A DNA stretch of 64,000 bases from Lingula anatina (Eukaryota; Animalia; Brachiopoda): assembly GCA_051362555.1 (NCBI GenBank), contig JBPQGU010000016.1, positions 5,518,001-5,582,000 of the forward strand, read 5' to 3'. Shown one piece after another: positions 38,069 to 51,602 of the stretch. The translations under genes were made by a program, and so were the position numbers. Under the pieces are notes generated by a model. It was not told the origin of the DNA. It saw only the letters and a list, made by a program, of their open reading frames with translations, and searched no databases. The stretch's first letter is position 1. Every line of letters begins with the position of its first letter.

Positions 38069-41000
38069 TTAAATGGATTGTTTCTCAGTATTTTAAAACT
38101 AAAATCAAAAAGCAGAACTTTGACATAATTTTCTCTCTTCAACTCTCTATTCAGATGTTGGCCAAGTCCCTCCCTGGTGGCTCTGAAAACCAGCTCAGAT
38201 ATACACTTGGTGACCAGTACATGGTGGGTGACATTACGTAAAGACCCAGATCTTTTATTTTATTTTATTTTATTTTATTTTATTTTATTTTTGCACCTAA
38301 TATCATGCAGTGCTAATGTTATTTGTTTATTGTTGTTTTAACAACAATTGTTAAAACAACAAATAACTTTAGCAAATAAAATGTTTTTAATGGCAGTGGC
38401 ATGCATTTATCATTGTTTAGCACTTGCACCACCCCTGTGCAATATATTTCCTTATTGTTTCATTATTGTCTTTTAGTGGAATCTCTTACTTAGGACAGTA
38501 CATTTTTACTTCTGGAAATTTATTGTTTCTTGTGCAGGACATCCTGTTTGATGTACTGATCTATCCTGAGGGACCAAGGGTCAGGGATCGTATCAGTCAC
38601 GGAGAAGCCAGTATCTTAGGGATAAGCTATAAGCTAGCAAACCACCTGCTGTCTGTGTGCACTGCCTTATGTTTGAAGGTATTAGCAGAGACTGAAAGAT
38701 CAAAATATCTAGAGGTAAGTTCTGTTTACTTCATTGACGTTCCTCAATTTGAGTAATTATTATTTACTTAGTATAATGTGCAATACTCTTAGTTTACTGC
38801 ATCTGTATAAACAACCAAATATGCAGTATATTAATTATGGCAAGTGGGGTTAAAATTGTTGATAAAATCCACCAATCACAGTATATCTGTTTCAGCATCC
38901 ATTCATCCATGATATCCATGTGGCTGTTGAAGGTTATGTCTCTCAGTGCCATCCTATCTCAGGGCTAAGAAAAGAAGTCAGTATGAAAAAATTGATGGTT
39001 GGGTTGTTTGAAATATTTTGTTTTAAGAACCTTGAACTAAAATGTTCTATTGGGCAGATGCCACAGGGTTGTTTTACTTTAGCATTTGTCCTCTTTGCTA
39101 GATATATGCGAACAGAGATTGTATTTTCACATTGTAATCTATTAATATTAGGAAATTTTCTAAAATAATGAAACTTAATGACATTTGACAGATGTTACTT
39201 TTATATTTTATAAGAGCATAAAAATGTTGTCATAATAATGTTTCATCAGAGTTCTATCTTGTTTATGTGTTCCAGATCCAATCTCTCAGCGACAAACTAT
39301 CTGAGTGGAAAACTTTTCCCAAACCAGACACAGATCAGATGTAGGTTCACCATTTCAGTTTGATTTTATTTAAGAAACTGGGACAGTGAGTTAGATATAG
39401 GGTCAAAAAGCAGGATATTTCTAAAAATAGTGTCTTGTTTGGAATGTTACCAGGTGGTCAGTCTTAAAATATCATCGCAAACATTAATTGTACCACCAGC
39501 GTTAGCGCTGGCGGTACACATGGTTTTAGTCCCGTCCGGTCCGTTCTGCCGGCTCCTGCGGCGCCGCCGGCTCCGCCGGCTCCGTCGCCATGTTACCGTT
39601 ACCGCTTCTCCTCCTAGACGGTAAGGGCCCCCATACCCATCTCTTGGATTTAGGTCACCTATAATCTCAACTCGTTCCACGTAAAATTTGGGCTTTGTCC
39701 GTATTGGGGTCTAGGTGTGGCACTCATTGCAATGCACCCTTGTCCAAAAATGGCAAAATTAAATGCTAATTATCTACCCTATGGAAGGGGTTATGGGAAA
39801 AATTTCTACAGACAGCTTTCCAAAAGTCATATGTGTAGATTTCAAATATGCCCTTGGATTTGACCTTTGACCTTTACTTCAAGGTCAAACGGGCCAAAAT
39901 TTTCAAAAAAATAAAATTTTTTACAAAAAAAAATTTTTTTGCCCTGTTATTCAGACACCACACAGACTTAACCAATAATATTATTGGAAAATGTTACCCT
40001 TCAGGTCATCTTTCAGCTGTGTGAATTTGGGGTCAATCGGTGCATTTTCACGGGTGTAGCGGCCATAAGATACCGAAACTGAAAACTGTCTCTAATTCAG
40101 GAACCGTTAACGCTAGAGACCCATTCTTTTTTGCATTTTGTAGAGCATGTAAAGCCCAACACTGACGGTGGTCTCCGTTTTTGTGTATTCCATACGGTTT
40201 TCGAGTAACGCTGTATCAAAAAGTACATATTGGTGGTGAAAGCAAAATGTGCAGTACGGAAATGGATAATAAATTTTGAACTCTGGAAAAATAAAACATA
40301 AGGCTTGGCAAAGCAGACAACTTGTGGTCAAAAATGACATTATTTCATCAAATTTGAACTTCTGGAACTTCAGAGCACCTCCCATTTCAAGAATATTGAC
40401 CAAAATGACCTTTTCTTTATTTTAATTAATTTTTTCTGTAGGAAATTTATGGCACATTCAGGTAACTCCGAAATTATAACATTTAGTCCCTTATATCTCC
40501 AAAACTGGCAGAGATAGGTCCATAGTTACTATTGAAGTTGAATAGGAAGTCATATACTGGCAATCTTACTGTGACCTTGAAATTGACCTTTGACCTACTT
40601 TTCACCATGAGTTGAACTTTGCAAATTTTGCTTCCCTTTTATCTCCAAAACTGGCAGAGATAGGTCCATAGTTTCTATTGAACTTGAATATGAAGTCATA
40701 TACTGGCAATCTAAATGTGACCTTGAAATTGACTTTTGACCTACTTTTCACCATGAACTGAACTTTGGAAATTTTGCTTCCCTTTTATCTCGAAAACTAG
40801 CAGAGATAGGACCATAGTTACTATTGAAGTTGAATAGGAAGTCATATACTGGCAATCTAAATGTGACCTTAAAATTGACCTTTGACCTACTTTTCACCAT
40901 GAACTGAACTTTGGAAATTTTGGTTCCCTTTTATCTCCAAAACTGGCAGAGATAGGTCCATAGTTACTATTGAACTTGAATAGGAAGTCATATACTGGCA

Positions 41001-44000
41001 GTCTTACTGTGACCTTGAAATTGACCTTTGACCTACTTTTCATCATGAACTGAACTTTGCAAATTTTGCTTCCCTTTTATCTCCAAAGTTACGCTGTATC
41101 AAAAAGTACATTTTGGTGGTTAAAGCAAAATGTGCAGTACGGTAATGGATAATAAATTTTGAACTCCGGAAAAATAAAACATAAGGCTTGGCAAAGCAGG
41201 CAACTTGTGGTCGAAAATGACATTATTTCATCAAATTTGAACATCTGGAACTTCAGAGCACCTCCCATTTCAAGAATTTTGACCAAAATGACCTTTTCTT
41301 TATTTTAATTAATTTTTTCCATAGGAAATTTATGGCACAAAATTATAACATTTAGTCCCTTATATCTCCAAAACTGGCAGAGATAGGTCCTTAGTTACTA
41401 AACTTGAATGGAAAGTCATATACTGGCAATCTAAATGTGACTTTGAAATTGACCTTTGACCTACTTTTTATCATGAATTGAACTTTGCAAATTTTGGTTC
41501 CATTTTATTTCCAAAACTAGCGAGATAGGTCCATAGTTACTATTGAAGTTGAATAGGAAGTCATATACTGGCAATCTAAATGTGACCTTGAAATTGACCT
41601 TTGACCTACTTATAATCATGAACTGAACTGTGCTAATTGTACCACCAGCGTAGGCGCTGGCGGTACTCATGGTTTTAGTCCCGACCCGTATGTTCCGCCG
41701 GCTCCGCCGGCTCCTGCGGCTCCGCCGCCAAGTCACCGTTACCGCTTCTCCTCCTAGACGGTAATGGCCTCCATACCCATCTCTTGGATTTAGGTCACCT
41801 ATAATCTCAACTCGTTCCACGTAAAATTTGGGCTTTGTCGGTATTGGGGTCTAGGTGTGGCACTCATTACAATGCACCCTTGTCCAAAAATGGCAAAATT
41901 AAATGCTAATTATCTCCCCTACGGAAGGAATTATGGGAAAAATTTCTACAGACAGCTTTCCAAAAGTCATATGTGTAGATTTCAAATATGCCCTTGGATT
42001 TGACCTTTGACCTTTATTTCAAGGTCAAACGGGCCAAAATTTTCAAAAAAACAAAATTTTTGCCGAAAAAAATTTTTTTTGCGCTCTTATTCAGACACCA
42101 CACAGACTTAACTAATAATATTAATGGAAAGTGTTACCCTTCGGGTCATCTTTCATCTCCGTGAATTAGGGGTCAATTGGTGCATTTTCACGGGAGTAGC
42201 GGCCATAAGATATCAAAACTGAAAATTGTCTCTAATTCGGGAACCGTTAAAGCTAGACACCCATTCTTTTTTGCATTTTGTAGAGCATGTAAAGCCCAAC
42301 ACTGGAGGTGGTCTCCGTTTTTTTGTATTCCATATGGTTTTCGAGTTACGCTTTATCAAAAAGTCATATACTGGTGGTGAAAGCAAAATGTGCGGGCTTG
42401 GCAAAGCAGACAACTTGTGGTCAAAAATGACATTATTTCATCAAATTTGAACATCTGGAACTTCAAAGCACCTCCCATTTCAAGAATTTTGACCAAAATG
42501 ACCTTTTCTTTATCTTAATTAATTTTTTTCTGTAGGAAATTTATGGCACACTATGGTAACTCCAAAATTATACCATTTAGTCCCTTATATCTCCAAAACT
42601 AGCAGAGATAGGTCCATAGTTACTATTGAAGTTGAAAAGGAAGTCATATACTGGCAATCTAAATGTGACCTTAAAATTGACCTTTGACCTACTTTTCACC
42701 ATGAACTGAACTTTGTAAATTTTGCGTCCCTTTTATCTCCAAAACTGGCAGAGATAGGTCCATAGTTACTATTGAACTTGAATAGGAAGTCATATACTGG
42801 CAATCTGAATGTGACCTTAAAATTGACCTTTGACCTACTTTTCACCATGAACTGAACTTTGCAAATTTTGTTTCCCTTTTATCTCCAAAACTGGCAGAGA
42901 TAGGTCCATAGCTACTATTGAACTTGAATAGGAAGTCATATACTGGCAATCTACATGTGACCTTAAAATTGACCTTTGACCTACTTTTCACCATGAACTG
43001 AACTTTGTAAATTTTGCGTCCCTTTTATCTCCAAAACTGGCAGAGATAGGTCCATAGTTACTATTGAACTTGAATGGGAAGTCATATACTGGCAATCTAA
43101 ATGTGACCTTGAAATTGACCTTTGACCTACTTTTCACCATGAACTAACCTTTGCAAATTTTGTTTCCCTTTTATCTCCAAAACTGGCAGAGATAGGTCCA
43201 TAGTTACTATTGAACTTGAATGGGAAGTCATATACTGGCAATCTAAATGTGACCTTGAAATTGACCTTTGACCTACTTTTCACCATGAACTAACCTTTGC
43301 AAATTTTGCTGCCCTTTTATCTCCAAAACTGGCAGAGATAGGACCATAGTTACTATTGAACTTGAATAGGAAGTCATATACTGGCAATCCAAATGTGACC
43401 TTGAAATTGACCTTTGACCTACTTTTCACCATGAACTGAACTTTGCAAATTTTGCTGCCCTTTTATCTCCAAATCTGGCAGAGATAGGTCCATAGTTACT
43501 ATTGAACGTAGATAGGAAGTCATACACTGGCAATCTAAATGTGACCTTGAAATTGACCTTTGACCTACTTTTCACCATGAACTGATCTTTGCAAATTTTG
43601 CTTCCCTTTTATCTCCAAAACTGGCAGAGATAGGTCCAAAGTTACTATTGAAGTTGAATAGGAAGTCATATACTAGCAATCTAAATGTGACCTTAAAATT
43701 GACCTTTGACCTACTTTTCACCATGAACTGAACTCTGCTAATTTCTTTCTCTTTTAACTCCTAACCTGGCAGAGATAGGTCCATTGTTACTATTGAACTT
43801 GAATAGGAAGTCATATACTGGCAATCTTACTGTGAAATTGACCTTTGACCAACCTTTTGATGAACTTAACTTTGATTGTACCATTTTAAGTTATATATTT
43901 TTTTTTTGCATATTTTGAAAATTCTTGTTGATTGCATTTTTACAGCTTGTCAAGCAAAAGACTGGTGGCTGTGTCCCTTATTTTGTGTATGTGGGGGTCT

Positions 44001-47000
44001 ATACAAATGCGCTTGCTCCAGCTGGTGGTACAATATTCGGAGGCGGTATCGCCTCTCTGATCCTCTAGTTTCTTTCTCTTTTAACTCCAAACCTGGCAGA
44101 GATAGGTCCATAGTTACTATTGAAGTTGAATAGGAAGTCATATACTGGCAATTTACTGTGACCTTGAAATTGACCTTTGACCTACCTTACGATGAACTTA
44201 ACTTTGATTGTACCATTTTAAGTTATATATAATTTTTGCGTATTTTGAAAATTCTTGTTGATTGCATTTTTATAGCTTGTCAAGCATAAGACTGGTGACT
44301 GTGTCCCTTATTTTGTGTATGTGGGGGTCTATACGAATGCGCTTGCTCCAGCTGGTGGTACAATATTCGGAGGCGGTATCGCCTCTCTGATCCTCTAGTT
44401 GAAAATGGTCTACAGTATAACTCTTTTTATGTAAAAATATTCTGAGATTAATCCTACATCTTTATCATATTTTGCATTCTGTTGAGTGAATTACATATCA
44501 GTAATTACTGTGGTATTTTTCAGAGAAATGAGTAAATCATGGGGAGACTACATCCAACCAAATGGAAAGCAACTTATATCAGGGTTACCTCCTATAAAAG
44601 ATTTTCAGCCATGGTTGAGATCCTGTAATTTACCAGAGAGGTAATCTCAATTTGATTTAATATTAGATTTTCCCTTTTGATGACAAGTAGAGCCTACTGT
44701 ACATCTTAACTTTCTACATAAAAACACCAATGTTTCTGTCTTACTGTATTACTTATGATTACATGTTTACTTTGCACATTTTACCATTATTGAGATTTTT
44801 TTTCAGATTTTTATTCCCATTTGAAAATATATCTCCCACGCTGAAGGATATTCTGAAGAGTAAAATCTCTACCCTTTACTGGGGCCAAGACAGCACGGAT
44901 ACTGTATGATTTTCACTGTCTGGGTGATATTGTTAGCCTTTGAAAACATCAAAATAGTTTACATCTTAAGTGGTGAACTACTATTAATTGTCAAGTAATC
45001 ATTTCTTTTTTATTAATAAATTTTTTGTCATGCAGTTTTCAGTTACATCATGGAAATAATTGCACTTCCACAGTTACATGTACATGCAAAGAGTAATTGT
45101 TCCATAATATGTATTCCTTACTTGAAACAATCTATTTATTTCAGCTTAACTGTGATAAAGAAGCAAGACCCATGACTGAGATGGAACTTATAGGACTACT
45201 GCGCAGGATAGCAGTACAAGCTACTGCAGTATCAACAAATATTTGTGAAGTAATGTCTACACGCTATCAGCAATGGATCAACAGAGAGCTGAGGTCAAGG
45301 CAGAGGAAAAATTACATCAGATTGTTAGAAAGGTATCAGTTGTGCTAATATAATATAATCAAAACTCAGTTTTATGAGTTCTAAGTTTCTAGTTTTTGAG
45401 TTACTCGTGACAGCTATGATTTGAAATTGAGGATGCCAAAACTGGTTTACATGTACAGATTGTTATTTGGATATGGTTTACCTTGACAATAAAGAGAAAA
45501 TTGTTTAAATATCCTGATATTCTGCATAAAGGTCTAATATTTACTGTATGACTTACAGTGTATTAAAGTACAGTAGGACTGCCAATCATCATAACTAGCA
45601 CCCCATTTCCATAGATTAGATCGACCTACTTTAGATCGACCTAACTCCCTGGGGGTTCACGCTAAATAGCTGTCAGCCGGGCGGACACGAAAGTTAATTA
45701 TCCCCTTACAGCTTGTAGTAGGCGGGACGGACATTTAAGTCGGATTATCTGAAAGTAATCCAGTGAGACTCCCCACGGGGATAGATCGATCTAAAATCTA
45801 TGGGAATAGAGCCTAGGACATCCAAGTTATGATTTAACTTTGTAATTATGTATAATACCAATCATGGGCAGTAGATGCTTTATTGTGAAAAAAGTTCAGT
45901 AAGTATCACACATACATGATTGCAATTGAACAATAACATCAGTGTACTTCTATGAAATCTGTTACTTGTTGTCTTACTCTGCCTCCATTTCATCATTTTA
46001 TTCTTAAACTTAAAGCATTCCCACTCTGTCTGTGGGTCTACGGCTGGTTGCTATGGTGATAACAGTATGGCTGCTGAACCTGGATGCTTTTAACCTGCTT
46101 GGCAGCTCAGAGCAACCGCACATGGCAAGGTAAAGACATTATCATAAAAGTCAATATGTTTGACAGGAGTGACAATTTTGATCCAAAGTCTGCACTGTCA
46201 CCTGTCTTCTGTCAGTTTGGCAGTAATATTATGTGAATATATTATGTAACAAGCAGACTCTTAGTATTACATGCAATAAATTGGAGAATGCACATGTTTT
46301 ATGTTACTTGGGCTCATTTTTATGTACAGACACAGATGTGTCTGTACATATAGCCATCATCTGCGTCTGTCGTCGCCGTCGCCGTCGTCGCCGTCGCCGT
46401 CGCCGTGCACTTTTACCGATAACACGATAAGTGGAAAACCATTTTGCCTTTTGATTTGAAACTTGCAGAACTGATGAATATTCATAATACGCAGGTCAAG
46501 TTCGAAAATCAGCATGATCGGGTCACTTATAGGGAATTAATGCTGATTTTTCACTTTTTTCAGCATTTTTGCAACACCGATAACACAATAAATGAAAAAC
46601 TGTTTTACCCTTTGGCTTGAAACTTACAGAACTGATAAATATTTATAATACGCAGGTCAAGTTCGAAAATCGGCATGATTGGATCACTTATAGGGAATTT
46701 ATGCTGTTTTTTCACTTTTTTCAGCATATATGCAGCACCGATAACACGATAAGTGGAAAACCATTTTACCTTTTGGCTTGAAACTTACAGAACTGATGAA
46801 TATTCATAATACGCAGGTCAAGTTCGAAAATCAGCACGATCGGGTCACTTATAGGGAATTTATGCTGTTTTTTCACTTTTTTCAGTATATATGCAACACT
46901 GATAACACAATATAAGAAAAACAGAAAAACAATATAAGAAAAACAGATTGGTCATTATACTCACAGGAGGGGCCAATCTTACTAAAACGCAGGTTGAGTT

Positions 47001-49941
47001 TGAAAATCAGCATAATCAGTCCATTATTTTAGAAGTTATGCTGTTTTTTCACATTTCCTCACATTCAATTCTTAGGCATGTTAACAGTCTCATTATTGAA
47101 CTAATAAGATACGTAAAAGTGTTTGTTTGACATTTCCTGCATCTTTACAACATTGTTAGTTGATTTTGTAAAAAGGATGGTAAACTTGTTATCATGTATT
47201 GTGTAATAAAGTGTCAAAAATGGAAATAAACTCATATCATTGCAGTTTGTCAGATGCATTCATCCACTATGTTCAGAATCTCAGAATGGAGGAAGTTGGA
47301 CATTTAACATTGTTCTATTGATACTTTTCTCATCTCATCAATTTTCTTCATTGGTCATATAAAAATGGCAGTAAACTGTTTATTTTGTTTTATGTTAAAA
47401 AAGTGTTAAAAATGGAAATAAACCCATTTCAGAACAGTGCTGTCTTGTTTACATTTTGGCATTTTCAATATGTGACTTTGAAGTTCCATGGGCCTGAAGA
47501 CTTTTGCTAGTTACATTTTCTGAATAACCATGATACTAATATTTTATAATTAAAAATTGATGGTCATTATGCTGTAAAACATTATGTAATGTTGCATCAA
47601 AATTTGAAGAAACCCCTATTTTGGGCAGTGCTCCCATGATGACCATTTAAGGAAGATCATGTCACTTACTGTTCTCAAACTTACAGGAAAGAAACATGGG
47701 ACTAAAATACAGCTTCAGTAGGCAATGCAGTCTGTTTGGTAAATTTTTCTGGCAATTAAACAGTTTTTTGTGAAAATTTAATTTTTCACATATTGGCATT
47801 TCCAAGGTGTGACTTAGAACCTCCACAGGCTCGAAGACCCATGCTAGTCACATTTTGTGAAAATCCATGACACTTATATTTTATTATTAAAAATCGATGG
47901 TCAGTATGCTGTTAAGCATTATGTAATGTTGCATCAAAATAGAAGAAAACACAATTTTTGGTGCTGCTGCCTTGATGACCATTATGGGAAAACCGTGTTA
48001 CTTATGACTGTCAAACTTTCAAAAAAGAAACACAGGACTAAAATGCAGCCTGAGTTAGAAAAGCAGTCTAATTGGCTTTTTTTCTGGAAGTTATACATTT
48101 TAGTGTAATATTCATTATCTTTTTGGCATATTCATTGTGGGACTCGGAGCTCCCATGGACATGAAGCCAAATGGTAATCATATTTTCTACATGTCCATCC
48201 TATTTATAGTCAATAAACAAAAATTGGTGATAATTATTCTCTAATTTATTATGTAATGTTACATCAAAATTGACAACAATCTTTTTGCACTGCTACTGCA
48301 AACATTATGAAAAGAAAACTGTGCTACTTATTATAATTTTAAACTTACAAGTACGATTTTTAGGATTGGCCTTCAGCTCATGAGAAAACCAGCTCTATTG
48401 GATTATCATGTTTATTGTATTTATGCATTTTTTGTGAAATTTTCATTTTTCTCATTCTGGCACTTTCTAAGTATAAACTTGAACTCTGATGGGCCTGGAG
48501 CCTTATGCTTTTACTTTCGTCTGTGTTACCTGTTGTGCATAAGTTGATGTTGACTGTGCAGTTAAACATAATGTATTATTGCATCAGGATTGGTAGTCTC
48601 CTATTTTGGGCATTATGGTTTTGTGCTTTTCTTAAGGTGTGACTTATGGGCCTGAAGACCTTTGAGTGGGTCAGTCTGTAAATTACCCTTGGGTATCACT
48701 AGATTAATTTCAGAGTTATAAAGTCATTTGCTTTAATAGGCCATTAAATGAGATTACGTAAAGCACACTTGTTGATATTTCCCTGTAAACTCCCAAAGGT
48801 AAAGCTCTCTGCTAGATTAATAATAAGGAAGCAGTGATAATTATGCAGGTAAATTTTGTTTAATATTGCAAATATATATATCAAACTGGAAGATTAAAAG
48901 TTTGAATAGCATCTTCATTGGAATTATATTTACCTCAAGCTCTGCCAAGGGGGTTATATTTTCACCCCTGTTTGTCTTTCATCCACATAACACAAAAAGT
49001 TATGGACCAATTTTGCAGAAATTTTCGGGAACTGTCGGAAGTGGGCCAAAGAGGACAATGATTAATTTTTGATGGTGGTCCGGATCAATAATCAATCAAT
49101 TATCAATAATAATCAACAATTGCTGCCTTGGCAGAGGTCTGCACTCTCAAAGTGCTTTTCTAGTTTTGTTGTTTTCCTTTATAATTTTTTCTCAAACACT
49201 TGCATTTGTGACTTTTAACTCTCATCTGCCTGGGGCTCTGCACATTTTCTGTATTTCTACATAAGCAGTTGTATTGTTTTTTATGTCTTTAAACATTATG
49301 TAATATTATTTTATGCACTGTCATCATTTTTCAAACATTGAGACTTTCATCATGTGACTTTGGTCTCTCATGGTCCTGAAACTGTAATCTTATTGAAGGG
49401 GTGGATTGAGACCATCTTCTGGGTCTTCCGGAAGACAGTCAGGTTATTAAGTTTATATTGACTGGTATCTATTTTTTTCTGTTGGAAGACCATCAAAATG
49501 GAGGATGGATCAACATAGATACTTTGTAATACTGTCAGAAAATATCTCTGGGTCTGCTCCTGTTATTGACCATGTTACCCGTTGTGCAAGATTAAAATTC
49601 AGTGTTGACTGACAGTGCTATTATAAGCATTATTTATTATTGCATCAAAATTGACAAAATGACCTTTTTTGCATCTCTATTTTCTGTTTTTTGTCTGTAC
49701 ATTTGACAGCTTTGCTGCCTTGTCTTTTTTATTTATCTCATTCTATTCACCATATATCAAGCATATACCAGTAAAATAAAAGTCTATTTTCAGGCATCTG
49801 AAATCAGTCTTGCAATGTTGTGAGAATCTAACCAGCAACTGCAACATTGAGAAGAATAGATGGGAAGAGAGCTGTGTCTTGGTACAAGATCTGGCTTGGC
49901 AGGTTCTGGAGAAGAAGAACCTTGTATACACATTTCTATGA
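28732..49941 (+). CDS. ERMARD: Endoplasmic reticulum membrane-associated RNA degradation protein (C6orf70), 18 coding exons
   Basis: Exons: 28732-28879, 34803-34951, 35297-35398, 35498-35587, 35955-36052, 36339-36472, 36726-36840, 37637-37739, 37985-38014, 38155-38223, 38538-38714, 38896-38976, 39276-39340, 44524-44640, 44807-44903, 45145-45332, 46016-46129, 49794-49941 (TGA). Motifs: [71 protein letters not shown]. Confidence 0.93.
28982..34551 (+). mobile_element. HINE family A composite, 5.6 kb, with ~161-bp internal tandem repeats
   Basis: Heads at 28982 and ~29206, tails at ~32907 and ~34550. GATAACACGATAAGT(G/T)GAAA recurs at 29301, 29462 and 29623. Confidence 0.85.
32508..32726 (-). 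mobile_element. Diverged PIF/Harbinger-like MITE nested in HINE-A
   Basis: The interior resembles the reverse complement of the 45599 family. It is flanked by TTA and TAA. Confidence 0.55.
37116..37698 (+). repeat. 73-bp tandem array, 8 copies, spanning an ERMARD acceptor site
   Basis: TATATTTCAG ends at 37125, 37198, 37271, 37344, 37417, 37490, 37563 and 37636, each followed by ~62 nt of exon sequence ([20 protein letters not shown]). Confidence 0.95.
38021..38067. repeat. (AAT)n microsatellite right after the donor of a 30-nt ERMARD exon
   Basis: About 15 AAT units. Other simple repeats: (TAT)n ~7746-7773, (TG)n-like ~9707-9755, (TTTTA)n ~38252-38292. Confidence 0.9.
39487..44400 (+). mobile_element. 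HINE family B tandem dimer with 146-bp internal repeats and a duplicated 3' end
   Basis: Head hairpin TGTACCACCAGCG-TTAG-CGCTGGCGGTACA at ~39489 and a near-identical one at ~41638, then a CCGCCGGCT microsatellite. Tail GCTGGTGGTACAA + GAGGCG-GTAT-CGCCTC hairpin + CTAGTT ends at 44070 and again at 44400. GGTCCATAG recurs at 42611, 42757 and 42903. Confidence 0.88.
45599..45813 (+). mobile_element. PIF/Harbinger (Tourist)-like MITE, 215 bp
   Basis: Imperfect ~25-bp TIRs (TTCCATAGATTAGATCGA ... TCGATCTAAAATCTATGGGAA) and a 3-bp TAG duplication. A near-identical copy lies at 55058. Confidence 0.8.
46317..49723 (+). mobile_element. HINE family A, long complete copy
   Basis: Head at 46317 and tail TGTCTGTACATTTGACAGCTTTGCTGCCTTGT at 49692-49723. 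Confidence 0.85.
48929..49165 (+). mobile_element. Short Helentron-type element nested in HINE-A
   Basis: TTACCTC...TCTGCCAAGG at the head and the inverted CCTTGGCAGAGGT at the tail, followed by a GCACT...AGTGC hairpin and CTAGTT. The architecture is the same as family B. Confidence 0.7.
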
Positions 49942-50785
49942 TGGAACAGGTGAGTTTATTTTTCTTGTGGTGTATAGCATTCAAATTAGCAAATAAATGT
50001 TAACTAACATCTTCCCTGTGTGCAACTACAGAAAATTAGACTTAATAGATTCCTGACACTTGTTTTCAAATTTATTGTAAAACATTGCTAATACTGTTGG
50101 CACTTATATTTAGTTTAAAGGAATATTAGAACTATGCCATAAATTATTATTATAGTACTGAAAATTATTATAAGCATGAAACATTGTAATACCTAATACA
50201 TATATTTATTTTTACTTTTAATAATTATAACTGTAGAGAAAAGAATGTCATTTAATATTTATTTTATCTATAATTTTATCAAACCTGAATGATGATTTTC
50301 CCAAAAATCCGTAATTTTTCAGAATCAAGCTGATTGAAAAGATTCCCCAGAAAGAATTGTGTGCAGAGCTGTCAAATTATTACACTGAAGAATATCAAAA
50401 TGACACAAAGTAAGGGAAATACTAAATATTAACTTCATGTGCCGGGGGAAATTTTCATTGGAATCTCAAATGTCAACAATGATTTGACATCATTCGATAT
50501 CATTGTTTAATACCCTAAGTCTTTATATTATTGTCTTTGATATTACTATTATTAGATTTTAATTTTAAATTTTAAAAAAATTCATATTGATTGGTTTAAT
50601 TCAAACTTCTAGGGGCAGGTTCTAAATTGGAGAACAGTTTGCTATGATGTTGAGACAAACTTGGAGATTGGATGTGCTGCTTTCAAGACCTGAGAAATGT
50701 TCTCAAGGAAAGTTCATTTGAAACATTTGGGAAACTGCAGTCAAGTTGCTGAAAAGCATGTGGTATATCAGTGCCAAGAGTCTTA

Positions 50786-51011
50786 GGGTGCTTTCCCAGA
50801 GATTTAGATCAATCTAAAGATTAAGTTTTAGATCGACCTAACTCCCTGGGGGTTCACGCTAAATTGCACTCAGCCGAGTGGGCACCATAGTTAATTACCC
50901 CCTTACAGCTTTTAGTAGGCGGGTCAGACGCTTAAGCTGGCCAAGCTGACAGTAATCTAGTGAGACTCCCCACAGGGATAGATCGATCTAAAAATCTATG
51001 GAAATGGGGTG
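50786..51011 (+). mobile_element. PIF/Harbinger-like MITE, same family as 45599
   Basis: Shared interior TAGATCGACCTAACTCCCTGGGGGTTCACGCTAAAT and a TTA duplication on both sides. Confidence 0.8.
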
Positions 51012-51602
51012 TTAACCAAAGCATTGCTAGGTTGCCTTCTTACACAGTAAAGCAATAGAGAGTGTGAAGTCTCAAGAACAAGATGTACATTTTAAACTTG
51101 ATACATACTTGGATTACAGAATAAACAACCGTGAAATGATAAGATTATACATAACATTATTTATTTTACAGCATGCATATGTGACCTGACATAATCACGT
51201 AACATCATTTCATTGTACTTATTTGTATACATAAGCCCAGAATCTGAGAATAAATGTTTTGTTGAAGTTAGACACATACTGTTGTTTTGTTTCTTGATAT
51301 AATTATCAGAGGCTGGTGGATTGAACTCACAAAATCAGGCATTGTCTTACAACTATCACAGAAGTCAACTTATGAAAAAAATGTCTTATTGACACTGCAT
51401 CTCCCATAGAGTCCATTTATTTTTGCTGAAACCTAGTAAATCCCTTCAAACTTTTAATAGTACCTGTTACGGTCCACCTCTATTTCTATCATGATTCAAT
51501 ATTTTCCTCAAAGTGTCCATTGGTGCATGATCATGTCTGTACATTTGACATCTCTGCTGCCTAATTTAAAGTTCTGTGCAATTTAAGCTGAGAAAATTGT
51601 GA

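Noticed and set aside
39430-41820. [18 protein letters not shown]... ORFs repeated three times in the window
   Set aside because: They are antisense readings of the HINE-B head, short and variable in the microsatellite.
51535-51562. Isolated HINE-A tail fragment
   Set aside because: Only ~28 bp of degenerate match with no head found, too little to call an element.
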